This document shows, in pieces, positions 1-12,838 of a DNA stretch of 64,000 bases. Source of the DNA: Eledone cirrhosa (taxonomy: Eukaryota). Where the stretch lies: the NCBI GenBank assembly GCA_964016885.1, contig OZ024741.1, positions 288,238,001-288,302,000 of the forward strand, in the 5' to 3' direction. The position numbers and the translations under genes are program-made. The notes beneath the pieces were generated by a model that was not told where the DNA came from, made no database searches, and worked only from the letters and a program-made list of their open reading frames with translations. Position 1 is the stretch's first letter, and each line of letters opens with the position of its first letter.

Positions 1-133
1 CATGCAAGAATACGGACAATTACACACTTAAATTCATTTAGTTTGGTGAGGCTGTGTTAAATAGAACTGTATAAATATGTATATTCAACCTGTGCCATAA
101 AAAAAATGATGATGGTATATATATATATGTATA

Positions 134-1311
134 TCATCCTCATCATCATCACCGTTTTACGTCCGTTCCTCCACGCAAGCATGGGTTAGACGGGTTGTCC
201 TGTTGTGGGCAGTGTCTGGTCGGCTGACCTTGTCTTGCTCATACAGGAACTGATTCTGGCTTGATTTCTACAGCTGGATGCCGTTCCTAACACCAACCTC
301 ATTTACAGTGAGTGCTGGGTGCTTTTTTCCGTGGCGCCTACACATCCACTTTACAGTGTGGGCTGGGTGCTTTTTTGCCATGGCACCTCCACGATCACTT
401 TGCAGTGGGAGGTCGGGTACTCTGTATTACTGCATGACGCCAGAGGTCACGGTTGTGTGTCATCGCCTTTGAGAGGTGTAATTGGGTAAGGTCGGCTTTT
501 ATCACCTCATCCCAGGTCTTCTTGGGTCTCCCCACTCCGCGGCTTCCATTGACTTCTAGTGCTCTGCACCTTTTTATGCAGGTGTCATCCTTCATACGCA
601 TCACATGTCCATACCAACGCAACTGCCTCTCCTGCACACAGCGTTTGATTCCTCTTATGCTCAGTCTCTCTCTCAATTCATTTATGCTTTGCCGTTCGCG
701 TATATTACTATTACACATCCATCGGAGCATGCAGGCTTCGTTTCTTTCTAATCTGCGGAAGTCTTCCACATTCAGCGCCCAGGACTCACTACCATGAAAC
801 ATTGCTGTTCGTATACACGCATTATACAACCTGCCTTTCATTTTGAGCGAAAAGCCTTTTGCAGCTAGCAGTGACAGTAGCTCCCTGAACTTCTTCTATC
901 CCGTTCTTACCCTAGTTATTGTACTTTCTGAACACCCACCTCCGCTGCTAATTTGGTCACCTAGGTAGCAGAAGCTGTCTACTGTTTCTACAGAGCCCTC
1001 CCAGAGATTGGTGGTACTTGTTTCCTGTGGCTGTTTGCTGTCCCAGCACAGCAGCTACATGTGAAGCCTACATTCTTAATTAAGCTTCCTGAGATCCCGC
1101 TACATCTTGTTTGCATTTGGGGCAGAGAATGGAGTTCCTACCTACACCTTTCCTACATACTGAGCAAGGCCATTTCCCTGAGGGGATCTGGGTTCTGTTT
1201 TCTCGTCTACTTACAAGGACCTTAGTCTTTGTCAGGTTGACTTTGAGATCCTTTCTTTGAGTCCCTGCTTCCAAGTTTGGAATTTCTTCTCTAGTTCTAC
1301 CATAGATTCAG

Positions 1312-1312
<1 letters not shown>
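134..1312 (-). mobile_element. RTE-clade non-LTR retrotransposon, 3' fragment (degenerate RT C-terminus)
   Basis: ORF 395-841 has KGRLYNACIRTAMFHGSESW, RQLRWYGHVMR and RGVGRPKKTW, the typical RTE C-terminus. ORF 1080-1274 has LKVNLTKTKVL and KWPCSVCRKGVG. (CAT)n tail at ~134-152; 5' end abuts (TA)n at 1313. Confidence 0.9.
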
Positions 1313-1345
<33 letters not shown>

Positions 1346-2121
1346 ATAATAATAAATTTGAAGACTAAAATCCAAAGAGGGCTCGATAAGGATAAATATA
1401 TATCAAATATATATGAACCGTAGAGCAAATATTTATTAAAATAACAGATTAAAGTTTAAGCAAAGAATCGCTGCTTTCACCCTTAACGGGATCTTCTGAA
1501 ACTAACAAAGTCAATCTGTAAACGCAGAACTGGATATTTCAAAAAACGTTGCAACCGGAGGCGGACAGGAAGACGATACTTTGGTTCGTGGAAACGTTCG
1601 CTGGCAAAGAACGGGAAAAAACGAATATAATACGTCATTAATAGGAGCGGTGAAAAACAATTACACGCAAAGACAGAACCACGTTTATGGTATAAAAGAG
1701 GTCGTAGACTAATGTTCTCTTAGATGGTTCATAGAGACGTTCTCTGACAATGAACGAAAAAACAAAGATAATACGTCATATGTGGAGCGTGGAGAACAAT
1801 AGCACGCAAAGACAAAACCACGTAAATGGTATAGCAGAAGTCGTAGACTAAAATTCTAACTAGGAGACCAAATGAATCTCCGCTACAGAGTTAAGAACAA
1901 AGTAAATAAATACAATACAGAAGTAATAGAAATAAATAAATGCATACACGCAAACAAATACGTACATACACAAGCATACGCAAAACCTTACCATAGGTAT
2001 ACAAAACCACGCACATATAAATATGTGTGTGTGTATGCGTGTATACAAATAAAAAATTATATAAACGTATATAAATAAATACGTATATAACAAGCGCACA
2101 CACATACCTACATATAAATAC

Positions 2122-2270
2122 ATGGGCGCCAGTGACTCTGCGGAGGTTACTGATCTTATTGGCCTTTTCCTTCTTTTCTCTATCAAGGACGAATTCCCCA
2201 ACGCGGGCGGTGGTTTGTACCGTGACAATTGTCTTTTGACCGTGACTAAGTGCGGACCTCGTGCTTGCGA
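2122..2270 (+). pseudogene. Penelope-like reverse transcriptase fragment (MGxxDxAE...GLYRD(D) region)
   Basis: Translation resembles the PLE RT motif MGxxDGAExCELVGLxxL...GLYRDD, with the catalytic YRDD reading YRDN here. Recognised from memory, not by database search. Confidence 0.7.
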
Positions 2271-2845
2271 CAGGTTCAGTGCGCTTGTTATATACGTATT
2301 TATTTATTTATATACGTTTATATAATTTTTTATTTGTATACACGCATACACACATACACATATTTATATGTGCGTGGTTTTGTATACCTATGGTAAGGTT
2401 TTGCGTATGCTTGTGTATGTACGTATTTGTTTGCGTGTATGCATTTATTTGTTTCTATTACTTCTGTATTGTATTTATTTACTTTGTTCTTAACTCTGTA
2501 GCGGAGATTCATTTGGTCTCCTAGTTAGAATTTTAGTCTACGACTTCTGCTATACCATTTACGTGGTTTTGTCTTTGCTTGCTATTGTTCTCCACGCTCC
2601 ACATATGACGTATTATCTTCGTTTTTTTCGTTCATTGCCAGAGAACGTCTCTATACACCACCTAAGAGAACATTAGTCTACGACCTCTTTTATACCATAA
2701 ACATGGTTCTGTCTTTGCGCGTAATTGTTTTTCACCGCTCCTATCAATGACGTATATTCGTTTTTTCTCGTTCTTTGCCAGCGAACGTTTCCACGAACCA
2801 AAGTATCGTCTTCCTGTCTTTCTGCCTTTACAGATTGACTTTGTT

Positions 2846-2896
2846 AGTTTCAGAAGATCCCGTTAAGGGTGAAAGCAGCGATTCTTTGCTTAAACT
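2846..2896 (+). ncRNA. Hammerhead-like ribozyme (type I, variant core CAGAAGA); mirror copy on - strand at ~1453-1503
   Basis: agttt-CAGAAGA-t.ccc gttaa ggg.t-GAA-AGCAG cgattct TTGCT-T-aaact. Stems I, II and III all pair; the core has U4>A. Confidence 0.55.
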
Positions 2897-2912
2897 TTAA
2901 TCTGTTATTTTA

Positions 2913-2955
<43 letters not shown>

Positions 2956-3009
2956 ATCATCATTTTTTTATGGCACAGGTTGGATATACATATTTATATA
3001 GTTCTATTT

Positions 3010-4110
3010 CTTCCATGTACTGTGCCGTTTGTTTTGTTATTTTTGTTATTACTTTTACACACACGTGTATGTGTGTTTGTTTCATTGTTTATACATCTGT
3101 TTTATTTTGTCTGTGTGTGTGCGTATATATGTGTGTGTGTGTGTACATATGTGTATTTGTTTTATTGTGTATGTCTGTACATATGTGATTTTTTGTGGAT
3201 GTGTTTGCATATTTTTTGTTTTCAATTTGTATGTCTGTTGTTATTCAGTTCATGTTAACTTTGATCAAACAGTTCTATAACATTTTTGTTATTACTTTTA
3301 CACACACACACACACATACACGTGTGTGTGTGTGTGTGTGTAAAAGTAATAACAAAAAAACAAAAACGGCACAGTATATGGAAGAAATATATTAGTTTAA
3401 CGCTTGAAATAGCAGGAAGAGAGTCTTAACGTTTCAAACACTAGTCCTTCATTAGAAGATATAATTAGCAATAGAAGATTAGAAAGTAAATAGTGATGAG
3501 CGGAAGGAACCGGGAAAATGGCAAAAAAAATTTGGGAGAAAAAACACGTGCCATCTTGGAGAGTATGCATGCATAGGGTATATCTGTGTGCATGTGGTTT
3601 TGTATGGAAAAACAGATTATTTGGATGCATGACTTCTTAGGTACTCACTCATGTACACACTCACATGTATACACACACACACATAAATATATGCACATCC
3701 ATCTCGACACAAATACATTCACCAATACAAACAGAAGGAGCTTCTGTGTAGTTGATTGATTGACATGCAAGAAATAGCAGCCAAATCTTGCCCAAATCAC
3801 ACTACACCAACTTAAAATAAGGACATATTGAATAATAGAGTCCTAACTCCCACTTCTACAAAATAGATGGAATAGGCATGATTGGAATGTCTTAAATTTT
3901 ATAGAACTGCTTGATCAAAGTTGACATGAACTAAACAACAGACATACAAAGTGAAAACAAAAAATATGCAAACACATAAACAATAAAACAAATATACATA
4001 TGTACACACACACACATATATATATACGCACACAAACAAACAATAAAACAGATGTACATATGCCCACACATACATACACACCCATGTATAAACAATGAAA
4101 CAAACACACA
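3010..4110. repeat. Nested inverted repeats in CA/TG-rich sequence
   Basis: ~3010-3060 is the reverse complement of ~3335-3390. ~3060-3280 is the reverse complement of ~3899-4110 (e.g. ttaactttgatcaaacagttctata vs atagaactgcttgatcaaagttgac). Confidence 0.65.
3424..3459 (-). ncRNA. Degenerate minimal hammerhead ribozyme
   Basis: Minus strand reads tctt-CTAATGA-aggactagtgttt-GAA-ACGT-T-aaga. Palindromic stem III (ACGT); core G5>A. Confidence 0.5.
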
Positions 4111-4629
4111 TAAACACATCCACAAATACACACATACACAAGCTTATACACACACACACACTAACACCCAGATACCTAACAGAAAAATCAGTTCCAAGGA
4201 GGGAGGAGACAAATACAAATTCCCTCTATTTAGATACAAATGTTTTAGATTTACAAGTAGTTTGCTCCCAGTTAGCCCCAGTTGAGCAGTTCTATAGTGC
4301 AAAGGTACTTAACTGAACAATACAGCTGAACTCAGACTTATAGCATGGAAGTCAGTTGAACAAGGAGGTTCAACTTAGTACAATAGCCTGAAGTTAGTTC
4401 AATGAACACTGAACAACAAGGCTCAATCCAGTTGTATAACATGAAGGTAGTTGACTGAACACTGAACAACTGCCTTCCTGTGTGCAGAGAAGGAAACAAA
4501 CATGTAGAGGATACTAGTCTGCACCAATGTTCTCCCCATCCCTCCCTCATTCATTCTCCCCAGTCTTAATACTACTCAGCCTCACCAGCTAAATATCCTA
4601 TTCACTTCCTTCATGGTGAAAAAAAAAGA

Positions 4630-4910
4630 AGCAATAAGTCCACCCTATGTAGCGCATCAGTTGCCACAACAAAATCATCCAGTCCACCTTGTAGGGTGGT
4701 TGTGCTGGTAACATGGCAAGAGGCATCACTCATTCTACCCTGTAAGGTGGTTGAGTTGGTGACACAGGAGGCTCCCAGTCCACCCTGTAGAGTGGTTGTG
4801 TTGGTGACATGAGAAAAAATGTACACAGTCCACCCTAAAAAGGTGGTTGTGCTAGTGACACACATACAAACAAACCCCCCCCCCCCCCCCCCAGCACCCA
4901 GTCCACCGTT
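4630..4910. repeat. Diverged ~50-bp tandem repeat
   Basis: Recurring agtccaccctgtagggtggttgtgctggtgaca units, about five copies. Confidence 0.6.
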
Positions 4911-5204
4911 ATTTTAATGTCACAATAAAAATGGTCATTTTAATGCCACAATAAAAAGCACCCAGTCCATAATGTAATATGGGTGGCATTTTAAAGGGCA
5001 TCCAGCTGGAGAAACCAAATCAAAATACAGATCCGTATGAGCAAGACACAGAAAAATGGATGTTAAACGATGATGACGATGAAGGGATCTGTATGGTGTT
5101 ACTTTAGTTAGGATCTTGTTAGGCTTTGTAACTGTCATAATTTTGCTCAACTTCCAGATTCTTGGAAGTTGACAGTATTGGTAGAAGTAATTGTAATTTC
5201 TTCA

Positions 5205-5340
5205 GCCCTAATGATTTCCTTCGAATGAAACAGTTCTAGTCCTATAGAAGCCATTTCTATATTAAATTTTGTTGTATATACTCTGCTAATGTATTGAGTA
5301 CCTTACTTACTGTGGTTACCCTCGATTGAACCCGGGAGTC
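5205..5340 (+). mobile_element. Copy of the hammerhead-bearing 'GAAACAGTTCTAGTCCTGTAGAA' repeat family (degenerate core)
   Basis: ctaatga tttccttcgaat gaaacagttctagtcctatagaag...ccttacttactgtggttacc, homologous to copies at 21045, 26748 and 51765. Confidence 0.65.
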
Positions 5341-5589
5341 ACACACACACATGTGCGTGTGTGTGTAAATCTCAACCACATCAAGCAGTTTTGGCTTGTG
5401 GGTTCAGCCAGCCTTTTCAAGACTATACCTTTGAAAAGGCTGGCTGAACCCACATGCCGAAACCGCTTGGTGCTGCAGTCGATATTTTACATATCTCTAT
5501 ACCCACTCTACATCTCCCCATGTATTGAGTAGTCAAATGACTAGTGGTCTCTCAGGCCTCAGCACTGCAGACTCTCTCTCTCTCTCTCA

Positions 5590-6000
5590 TGAGATATGGA
5601 CAGCAACTACAGAGGATATGCGACGGCTGGAGAGAAATGAAGCAATCATGCTCCGTTGGATGTGTAATGTCAATGTGCGTGAACGACCAAGCATAGACGA
5701 GTTGAGAAAGAAACTGTGTATAAGAGGGATAAGTTGTGGTGTGCAGGAGAGAAGGCTGAGATGGTATGGACATGTGATGTGCATGGAGGATGACCGCTGA
5801 GTAAAGAAGTGCCAAGAGAAAGAAGACGCAGTAGAAGAAGACCACGTAAAACATGGGCGGAGGTGGTGAGAGTCGACCTTAGATCGCTGAAGCTCACAGA
5901 GGAGATGACGAAGGACCGTGACAAGTGGAGAGATACTGTGCTGAATAGGATCCATCCCACCCTTGCAAGTAGGGAAAAGCGGACGTAAAATGATGATGAT
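5590..6000 (+). mobile_element. RTE LINE 3' fragment
   Basis: RRLERNEAIMLRWMC...ERRLRWYGHV, same family as 134-1312. Ends gtaaaatgatgatgat. Confidence 0.85.
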
Positions 6001-6285
6001 ATACATACATACAGTACTTTACTGTTAGTTTTATGGTTTATGTTGGATAAAGATGTTTGCCAGTTTTTTTGTTTTTCTATAGTTTATCTTTTTTCCTTGT
6101 TTATTCTTTGATGTTGAGTTTTATTTTGGTTTTGTGACGTGTTTGAGGTAATCTCTAAATTTTATGAGATTTTCTACTTTTAGTCTATAATTAGGGCTGT
6201 ATTTTTATCATGCTGCTTTGTGAGATATGATTTTTAACTATTATATGCATCTATAATTATTTTGTTGACTGTATATATTGCAGTA

Positions 6286-6430
6286 AGGCAGCGAACTGGC
6301 AGAGTTTATGGGCTTTGTGATATTTATTCCAGTTCTCTGCTCTCTGAATTCAAATCCCGCCAAGGTCGACTTTGCCTTTCATCCTTTGAAGGTCAATAAA
6401 AAATGTACTAGTCTAGTACTGGGGGTCAAT
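6286..6430 (+). mobile_element. tRNA-derived SINE (diverged)
   Basis: aggcagcgaactggcag...gaattcaaatcccgccaaggtcgactttgcctttcatcc. Confidence 0.75.
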
Positions 6431-7334
6431 TCTTTCTTTATATCTCTTTCACATTTCCTCTCTCTCACTTTATATCCCTTTCTGGAGGAAACTTGCTGTA
6501 GTCAGGCCTGGTGAATGATGGCCTTTGCCAAGCTTGAAATAGCCAAGAAACGCCATACACTCAGGTCTCAAATAACAGGGGCTGGAATAAGTGGGGGTAA
6601 GGGTGGAATAAGCAGTAATTTTTCTAATTTGTTTTGTTTGATTTTAAAAAAAAACAGAATTAGTCGTTTAGTTTACATATTGAGACCCCAACCCATATTG
6701 TTTATTTTATAATGTATAAGATAGGGGAGGGGCTCATTGCAAGGGTTTATTTTAAAGATAGGTGGACCTAGGGAAGTTGGGGAATCAATCTTTTCTGGTC
6801 ACCAATGATGACTGCTCATCCAAGAAAACATGAACGGTTAAGTCATGTGTATTCACATTGTTTGATTGAGTAGAGAGAAGGGAGAGTCAATAATATTGAA
6901 AAAGAGCAAGTGTGAGGAGAGAGAGTGAGGAGAGACAATGACAGGAGAGAGAGAGTGAGAGAGAGAATGAGAAAATAATGTGGATAGAAAGAGGTGTAAA
7001 AAGAGAAAGCTAAAGAAAGAGCACGGCGATGAACAAGTGAAGGACAGAACACCAGTGGAAGAGAAAGGGTTGTAAAACAAAGATGTTTGCTTTGTCTTTG
7101 TAGTTAAAGCCCAGGTCAGTTCTGATTGAGATAACCTATGATCAAAGACGGTCAGTTCCAGTCATGACACACCCGTCCTTTGTTTTCACTTGTACTATAT
7201 CTAGGACTACTTAAAAAAAGAAAACGACAGTGAGCTGTGATTTAACTATTTCGTGACTATCTCTAATGAAATACACTATTTCAATTAATTAATGAAGTAT
7301 TTTGAGAGATTTACTATAATTACTTCATTATTAA

Positions 7335-7528
7335 GGGTGGTGGATTGGCAGTATGGGTAGAGGGTCAGACGCCATACTTTGCAGCACAGCTACGTCCTTT
7401 TACGGACTGAGTTCAAATCCCGCCGAGGTTAACTTTGCCTTTCATCCTTACGGGGTCAATAAAATAAAGTACCAGTAATGTACTGGGTTATTGCTGGCCT
7501 TGTGTCAGGAGTAGAAACAATTATTATT
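7335..7528 (+). mobile_element. tRNA-derived SINE
   Basis: A-box-like tggcagtatggg and B-box gagttcaaatccc. Core actttgcctttcatccttacggggtc...aaagtaccag, (TTA)n tail. Confidence 0.85.
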
Positions 7529-7687
7529 ATGTAGAAATATATTAATTAATTTAGGGACCCTTTAAAATGGGTTGTTTTATTTCATAGAGTTAAAGCCGGT
7601 TTTGGCCGAGTTAGTATCAAAAGGAGTATAACTGGCTGCTATTTCTAGCATGTCGAGAGACCACACAGAAGAACTATATATGAGTAA

Positions 7688-7878
7688 AGGCAGTGGATTT
7701 GGCAGTATCGGTAGAGCGCCAAATAAATGCTGTGCAGTATTTAGTTACGACTTCCTATGTTCTGAGTTCAAATCCTGCCGAGGTCAACTTTGCTTTCATC
7801 CTTCCAGAATCGATAAAATAAAGTACCAGTAATGCACTGGAATCGTTCTTCAAATTGCTGGCCTTGTGCCAATATTAG
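7688..7878 (+). mobile_element. tRNA-derived SINE
   Basis: Same A/B boxes and core as 7335. Confidence 0.8.
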
Positions 7879-7959
7879 AAAGAATCGAGTTTATGTGAGT
7901 AGGACGTGGGGTGGAGAAACAGTGTGTATGTGTGTGGAGGAACAGATTGGAGAGAAAAA

Positions 7960-8200
7960 GTGAAGAAAATGTGTATATGTAGAGTAGAGAAATCGGTGAA
8001 GAAAATATGTGTATATGTAGAGTAGAGAAAGTGGTGAAGAAAATGTGTGTGTATATATATAAAGAGAGTAGAGAAAGTGGTTAAGAAACTGTGTGTATAT
8101 ATATATATGTAGAGCATAGAAAATGGCGAAGAAAATATGTGTATGTACAGTAGAGAAAGTGGTGAAGAAAATATGAGTATGTGTAGAGTAGAGAAAGTGT
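7960..8200. repeat. ~38-bp minisatellite
   Basis: About six units of gtagagtagagaaagtggtgaagaaaatatgtgtatat. Confidence 0.75.
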
Positions 8201-8443
8201 TAGAGTGACAGGAAGAGGGGTGGGTTATAGTTCGATTACATGTGACGTCAAAACTAGATTTAAAATTATCGTTCATTGCTTCTTTCTCTCTTTTCTTCAC
8301 ATCACTCCTCCCTTCCCCTGCAATCGCTATCAATTCCTTTTCCAGTCTCTCATCTTCATTCATTCATTCATTCATAACTGATGTATGTAAAATATAAGAA
8401 ACAAAAACAGACACCAACATACATCTATACATACATGCACACA

Positions 8444-8674
8444 CAGGGCCGGATTTAGATTTGATGAGGCCCTAAGCTATTTGAGATAACGGGGCCCTTT
8501 ATATGTTATAAAAACTGCAAAACGTTCTATATTAAAGCAGAAAACTGTTTAAAACTATTGCATTATTTTAGTTCTTTTTTATCTTATATTTTGGAAATGT
8601 ACACACCGTATTTTTTCTATTTTTTCGGGGCCCTAAGCTATAGCTTGTTTAGCTTATACGTAAATCCCACTCTG
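8444..8674. mobile_element. hAT-type MITE with 8-bp TSD
   Basis: Imperfect TIRs cagggccggattta / taaatcccactctg. TGCACACA is duplicated at 8436-8443 and 8675-8682. Confidence 0.8.
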
Positions 8675-8799
8675 TGCACACACAAAAATACTCGTATTAC
8701 TAGTTATATCCACACACATATAAATGCATACATACACCTATTACTAGATATATCTACTCATACTTCTTACAAGATACAAACAAATACACGTTTATTATT

Positions 8800-9200
8800 T
8801 TGGCAGTATCGGTAGAGGGTCGGACGCTATGCTTTGACGTATAGAGTTACGACCCTCGCCATTCTGAGTTCAAATCCCGCCGAGGTTAACTTTGCCTTTC
8901 ATCCTTACGGGGTCGATAAAATAAAGTACCAGTAATGCTCTGGGTAATTAATTTGCTGGCCTTGTGCCAAACGTAGAAACAATTATTAGACATATAGACA
9001 TACATTATATATATATATATATAATGTAGAGGTAGAGGGTCGGACGCCATGCTTTCCAGCATAGTTACGTCCCTTTACGATCTGAGTTCAAATCCCGCCG
9101 AGGTTGACTTTGCCTTTCATCCTTATGGGGTCGATAAAATAAAGTACCAGTAATGCACTGGGTAATTGCTGGCCTTGTGCCTAAAGTAGAAACAATTATA
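8800..9200 (+). mobile_element. Two tRNA-derived SINE copies (8800-8987, 9030-9200)
   Basis: Both carry gagttcaaatcccgccgaggt(t)aactttgcctttcatccttacggggtcgataaaataaagtaccagtaatg...gtagaaacaattat. Confidence 0.9.
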
Positions 9201-9804
9201 TCTCTATATATATATATATTATATATATATATATATAAATACACACATTTCCTATAATTGCACATATACAAAAACTTACACAAGACCAACACACAGATTA
9301 TCATACATGTGCGGACAAATACGCATAAGTGTACATGGAAGTGTGGAAACATGCGTACACATATAGATTAAAGCACACAAACACAAGTATAAATATATAG
9401 AGACACAGATACACATATTTGTGTAAAGGGCGCTTCTGTGGTCGTTCAACTTGAAATATGATATATATATATTCAACACTGTATAATGAAGTATTAGGTA
9501 CACGAGGACTGAATAATAGACAAAGTGGTCATTGTTGGAACGATTCTAATAAAAGGTCTGCTTAATCGGGAATAACAGGCTTAACCAATAACAATATTAC
9601 ACACATATACATATGTACACATACACACAAACAAAAATATCAATATTGGAAATCGTGTCTCCCACTAATATCATCATTACATATCACTACCATTTCAACC
9701 AACATCATTATCATCACCTGTATTGTGGCTAGCTACATTTAGCCCTCGGTCATCACTATTCTAGCATCTTTGACTACATTATTTAATGTTAATGTGTGAT
9801 TTTG

Positions 9805-9935
9805 AACTTTACGTTCTGAGTTCAAAATCCAGCCGAGGTTAGCTTTGCCTTTCATCCTTACGGAGTCGATAAAATATAGTACCAGTAATACACTAGGATA
9901 ATTGCTGGCCTTGTGCCAAAAGTAGAAATAATTAT
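9805..9935 (+). mobile_element. SINE (5'-truncated)
   Basis: B-box plus core plus tail. Confidence 0.8.
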
Positions 9936-11204
9936 TTAATGTGTACTTTTGTTTTAAGACGGCAATTAATGGAAATTTGGCTACTATTTCTAACAGATTA
10001 AGTGTCTATACAGAGGTTCTTTTAAACGTATTTATAATGTTTAATTTATGAGTTCAATTATAACAGTGAGTGACATGGCTCTTTACAGGCATAGTCCATC
10101 CGACGGGTTTCCAAACAGTTTCTATTTACCCAATTTCAGTGACAAGGCATGGGTCGATCCGAGGCTATGGTGAATGACACTTGTCCAAGAACTATGCAAT
10201 AGGATCGAATACGGTATCTAATAATTGCGAAGCAAGCCTTTAAACTATTCGACTTTTCTGCATCCACTCCTGAGAATTAATTACATTTCTAGAAGCACAA
10301 ATTAAATGAGAACAGTACCATATTACACTTCTTTCTGCTAAAACTACCCAGGCATAATGTGATAAGAAACAAGATGTATTATTTTACACATGCCGAGCAT
10401 GTGGTTAGAGCAATGGTTCCCGACCTCTTCATAGCCAAAGTCCCCCTTTATTTAAATGAATTTTTCCACGCCCCCTGCTATAATTACCCCAGGATTGTTA
10501 TACAGCGAGTATAACAATTAAGAGACAAATTTTAATACTGAGGGGAGAAGGAATACTCAATAGTGTGTGCATATTGATTTATAGACAAACAACTTTGTCG
10601 GGCAGCAAATTAACAAATATGCTGACAGACAGGAATCACTCCTTGCGATGGTAAAAAGACGAAAATACACCTGGTACGGTTACGACTCCCAGTCTAAAAC
10701 CATCCTTAAGGGCACTGGATGGCACTACTCCCCTACATTAGAAAACTTTACGATGGTGTGCTTATTCCAAACCTCTGCCTTAGAATTAAAGCGCCCACGT
10801 AGAAAGTTCCGATTCCCCAGAGCATCAAAACCTGGTGGCGAACCCGAGTTGACATACTTATATATATATATACTAGCAGTTTAGCCCGGCGTTGCTCGGG
10901 TTTGTTCATTTGCTATGAAAAGTTACATACAGGTAAACGTGGTTTGAAAGCGAATAAGCTTATCAATTAAGTGCATAAAGCAGTTGAACCGGTTATTAAA
11001 AGTTACGAACCAATTAGCATTTTGGTCAATCAATGATGGGTTAATAATCTTCCAATAGCAAATTTAGTAGACCAAAGTTGCAAGATGGTGGCCCTGATGC
11101 CGCTGGGTGTCAGATCTGTCCGCCATGGAAATAGTGTTCCAGACGGCATAGCTCCAACACCTGCACCAACATCTATAGCACCTCTTTGTAGACGATATTG
11201 CGTG

Positions 11205-12356
11205 TCATCCCTTGAGGAGAGTAAGCAAAAGTCCATTCCTGCTCCCTACGCGGGAACAGGCAACATAAAGTTGGCCATGGGAGAAGCATGGCTCCCCAAA
11301 ATGGATGCCCGCCACCGACAATGTTTGCCCTTGTGACTTGTTAATGGACATGGCAAAACATGGTCTCACCGGGAATTGAACGGGATATCTGACGCCGAGG
11401 GGAAAAGGTTCATCCTTGGAATGAAAACATTCTCCCCTCTTCTGCACCCCGTTACAATGGTGGCCTCAATCAAGTGGGTGTCAGTGACTTGACGACCATG
11501 CGAGTACCGCTGCACTGCTTTGGTGGACGCAAGTTCCTTATTAGCATAATGGGACAGCCAACCCTAAGCTTAATAATGTGAGGTGGGAGCCCTAGGGGCT
11601 CAAGGAGATTTAATAACTCAAGCGGATAATTAACGATATCGTCGGGGTCTGATTTGAAGATGTGCTCTTTACCGGGCATCTTCTCAATCAGCTGCTCGTT
11701 AATAAAATTAACCATGGTATTTTTCGGAGCAAGGATGGCTCTTTCGCTGAGCCAATCGAGGTTTTTAAAGTTAGATGAGACATTAGGAAAAACTTATTCC
11801 CAAAGGTCAGAAGGGCTGCTCACAATGTTGCACAGGGAGTCGATTGCTATGCCGCCCTTGTCATCCGCAGGGATCTTGCCCTCACCAAGTGCTAAAATGT
11901 TCTGTGCTGCAGACATGTTGTCACCATGAAAATGAGCACGCATATTTGTGCTCAGGTACAAACTCTTCACCCGGAGTCACACACTTAATCAGCTCTTGTC
12001 CATTTGGGGATAACAGGCAGCGTTTGCCGAAAATCCCCTGATAGCAGAAGGGTTACGCCACCCATAGGAGCCGTAGAATCCCTAATGTCTTTCAGGGTCC
12101 TGTCCAATGCCTCAAGGGCACCCTTGTGTGCCATTGTGCACTCATCCCAAACAATGAGGCAACATCTTTTAAGAACCAGAGCTTCGTGTGAACTCTTGCT
12201 GATATTGTATGTTGGTGTCTCAGTTTTTACTAAATCCAAAGGGAGTTTAAAGGTTGAATGTGCTGTCCTGCCTCCCAGCAGCAAAGTAGCAGCGATCCCG
12301 GACGATGCAACGGACAACGCAACTTTTTTCTCCTGACGAATCTTAGCGAGAATCAA
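11205..12356 (-). pseudogene. Helitron PIF1-like SF1 helicase region
   Basis: ORFs 11985-12356, 11470-11715 and 11205-11447 carry helicase motifs Ia-VI. Confidence 0.92.
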
Positions 12357-12359
12357 TTC

Positions 12360-12838
12360 CGGTACCCCCAGGAGCGTTTTTTATTGGGGGGACCCGGGGT
12401 TTTTTTTGGGGGGGGGGGTTATTTGGAATCCGTTTTTTATGGGGGGATCCATATATTATTAGGGGCATCCGTTTTTTATTTTGTGAGGGGGGGGGGTTAT
12501 TTGGAATCCGTTTTTTGAGGGGGGGGGGGCGTTTTTTATTGGGGGATCCGTTTTTATTTTGGGGGAGGGGGCATTTTTTTATTTGGGGGTCCCTTTTTTA
12601 TTGGGTGGTAACCGTTTTTGATGGGGGGTTCGTTTTTTATTTGGGGGGGTGTCCGTTTTTTATGGGGGTGGGGTCGTTTTTTATTGGGGGGGGTGTCCGT
12701 TTTTTATTTGGCAGGATCCATTTTTTATGTGTGGGGGAGAAGGGTCCGGTTTTTACGAGGGGGTGATCCGTTATTTAGGGTGGATCCGTTTTTATTTGGG
12801 GGGGGGGGGGGTCCGTTTTTTATTGGGGGGGGGGATTA
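12360..12838. repeat. G/T-run minisatellite inside the Helitron
   Basis: About 20 units of gggg(g)n(a/g)tccgttttt(t)att with variable run lengths. Confidence 0.85.

Larger units (their letters stand above)
1429..2920. mobile_element. Penelope-like element remnant: ~650-bp inverted repeat around an RT fragment, in (TA)n
   Basis: Arm 1429-2099 is the reverse complement of 2279-2920, apart from a ~40-bp indel and a few substitutions. The spacer encodes MGASDSAEVTDLIGLFLL...GGGLYRDNCL. (TA)n at 1313-1342 and 2916-2952. Confidence 0.8.

Noticed and set aside
7335-9200. tRNA genes
   Set aside because: A and B boxes are present but there is no cloverleaf; these are heads of a high-copy SINE.
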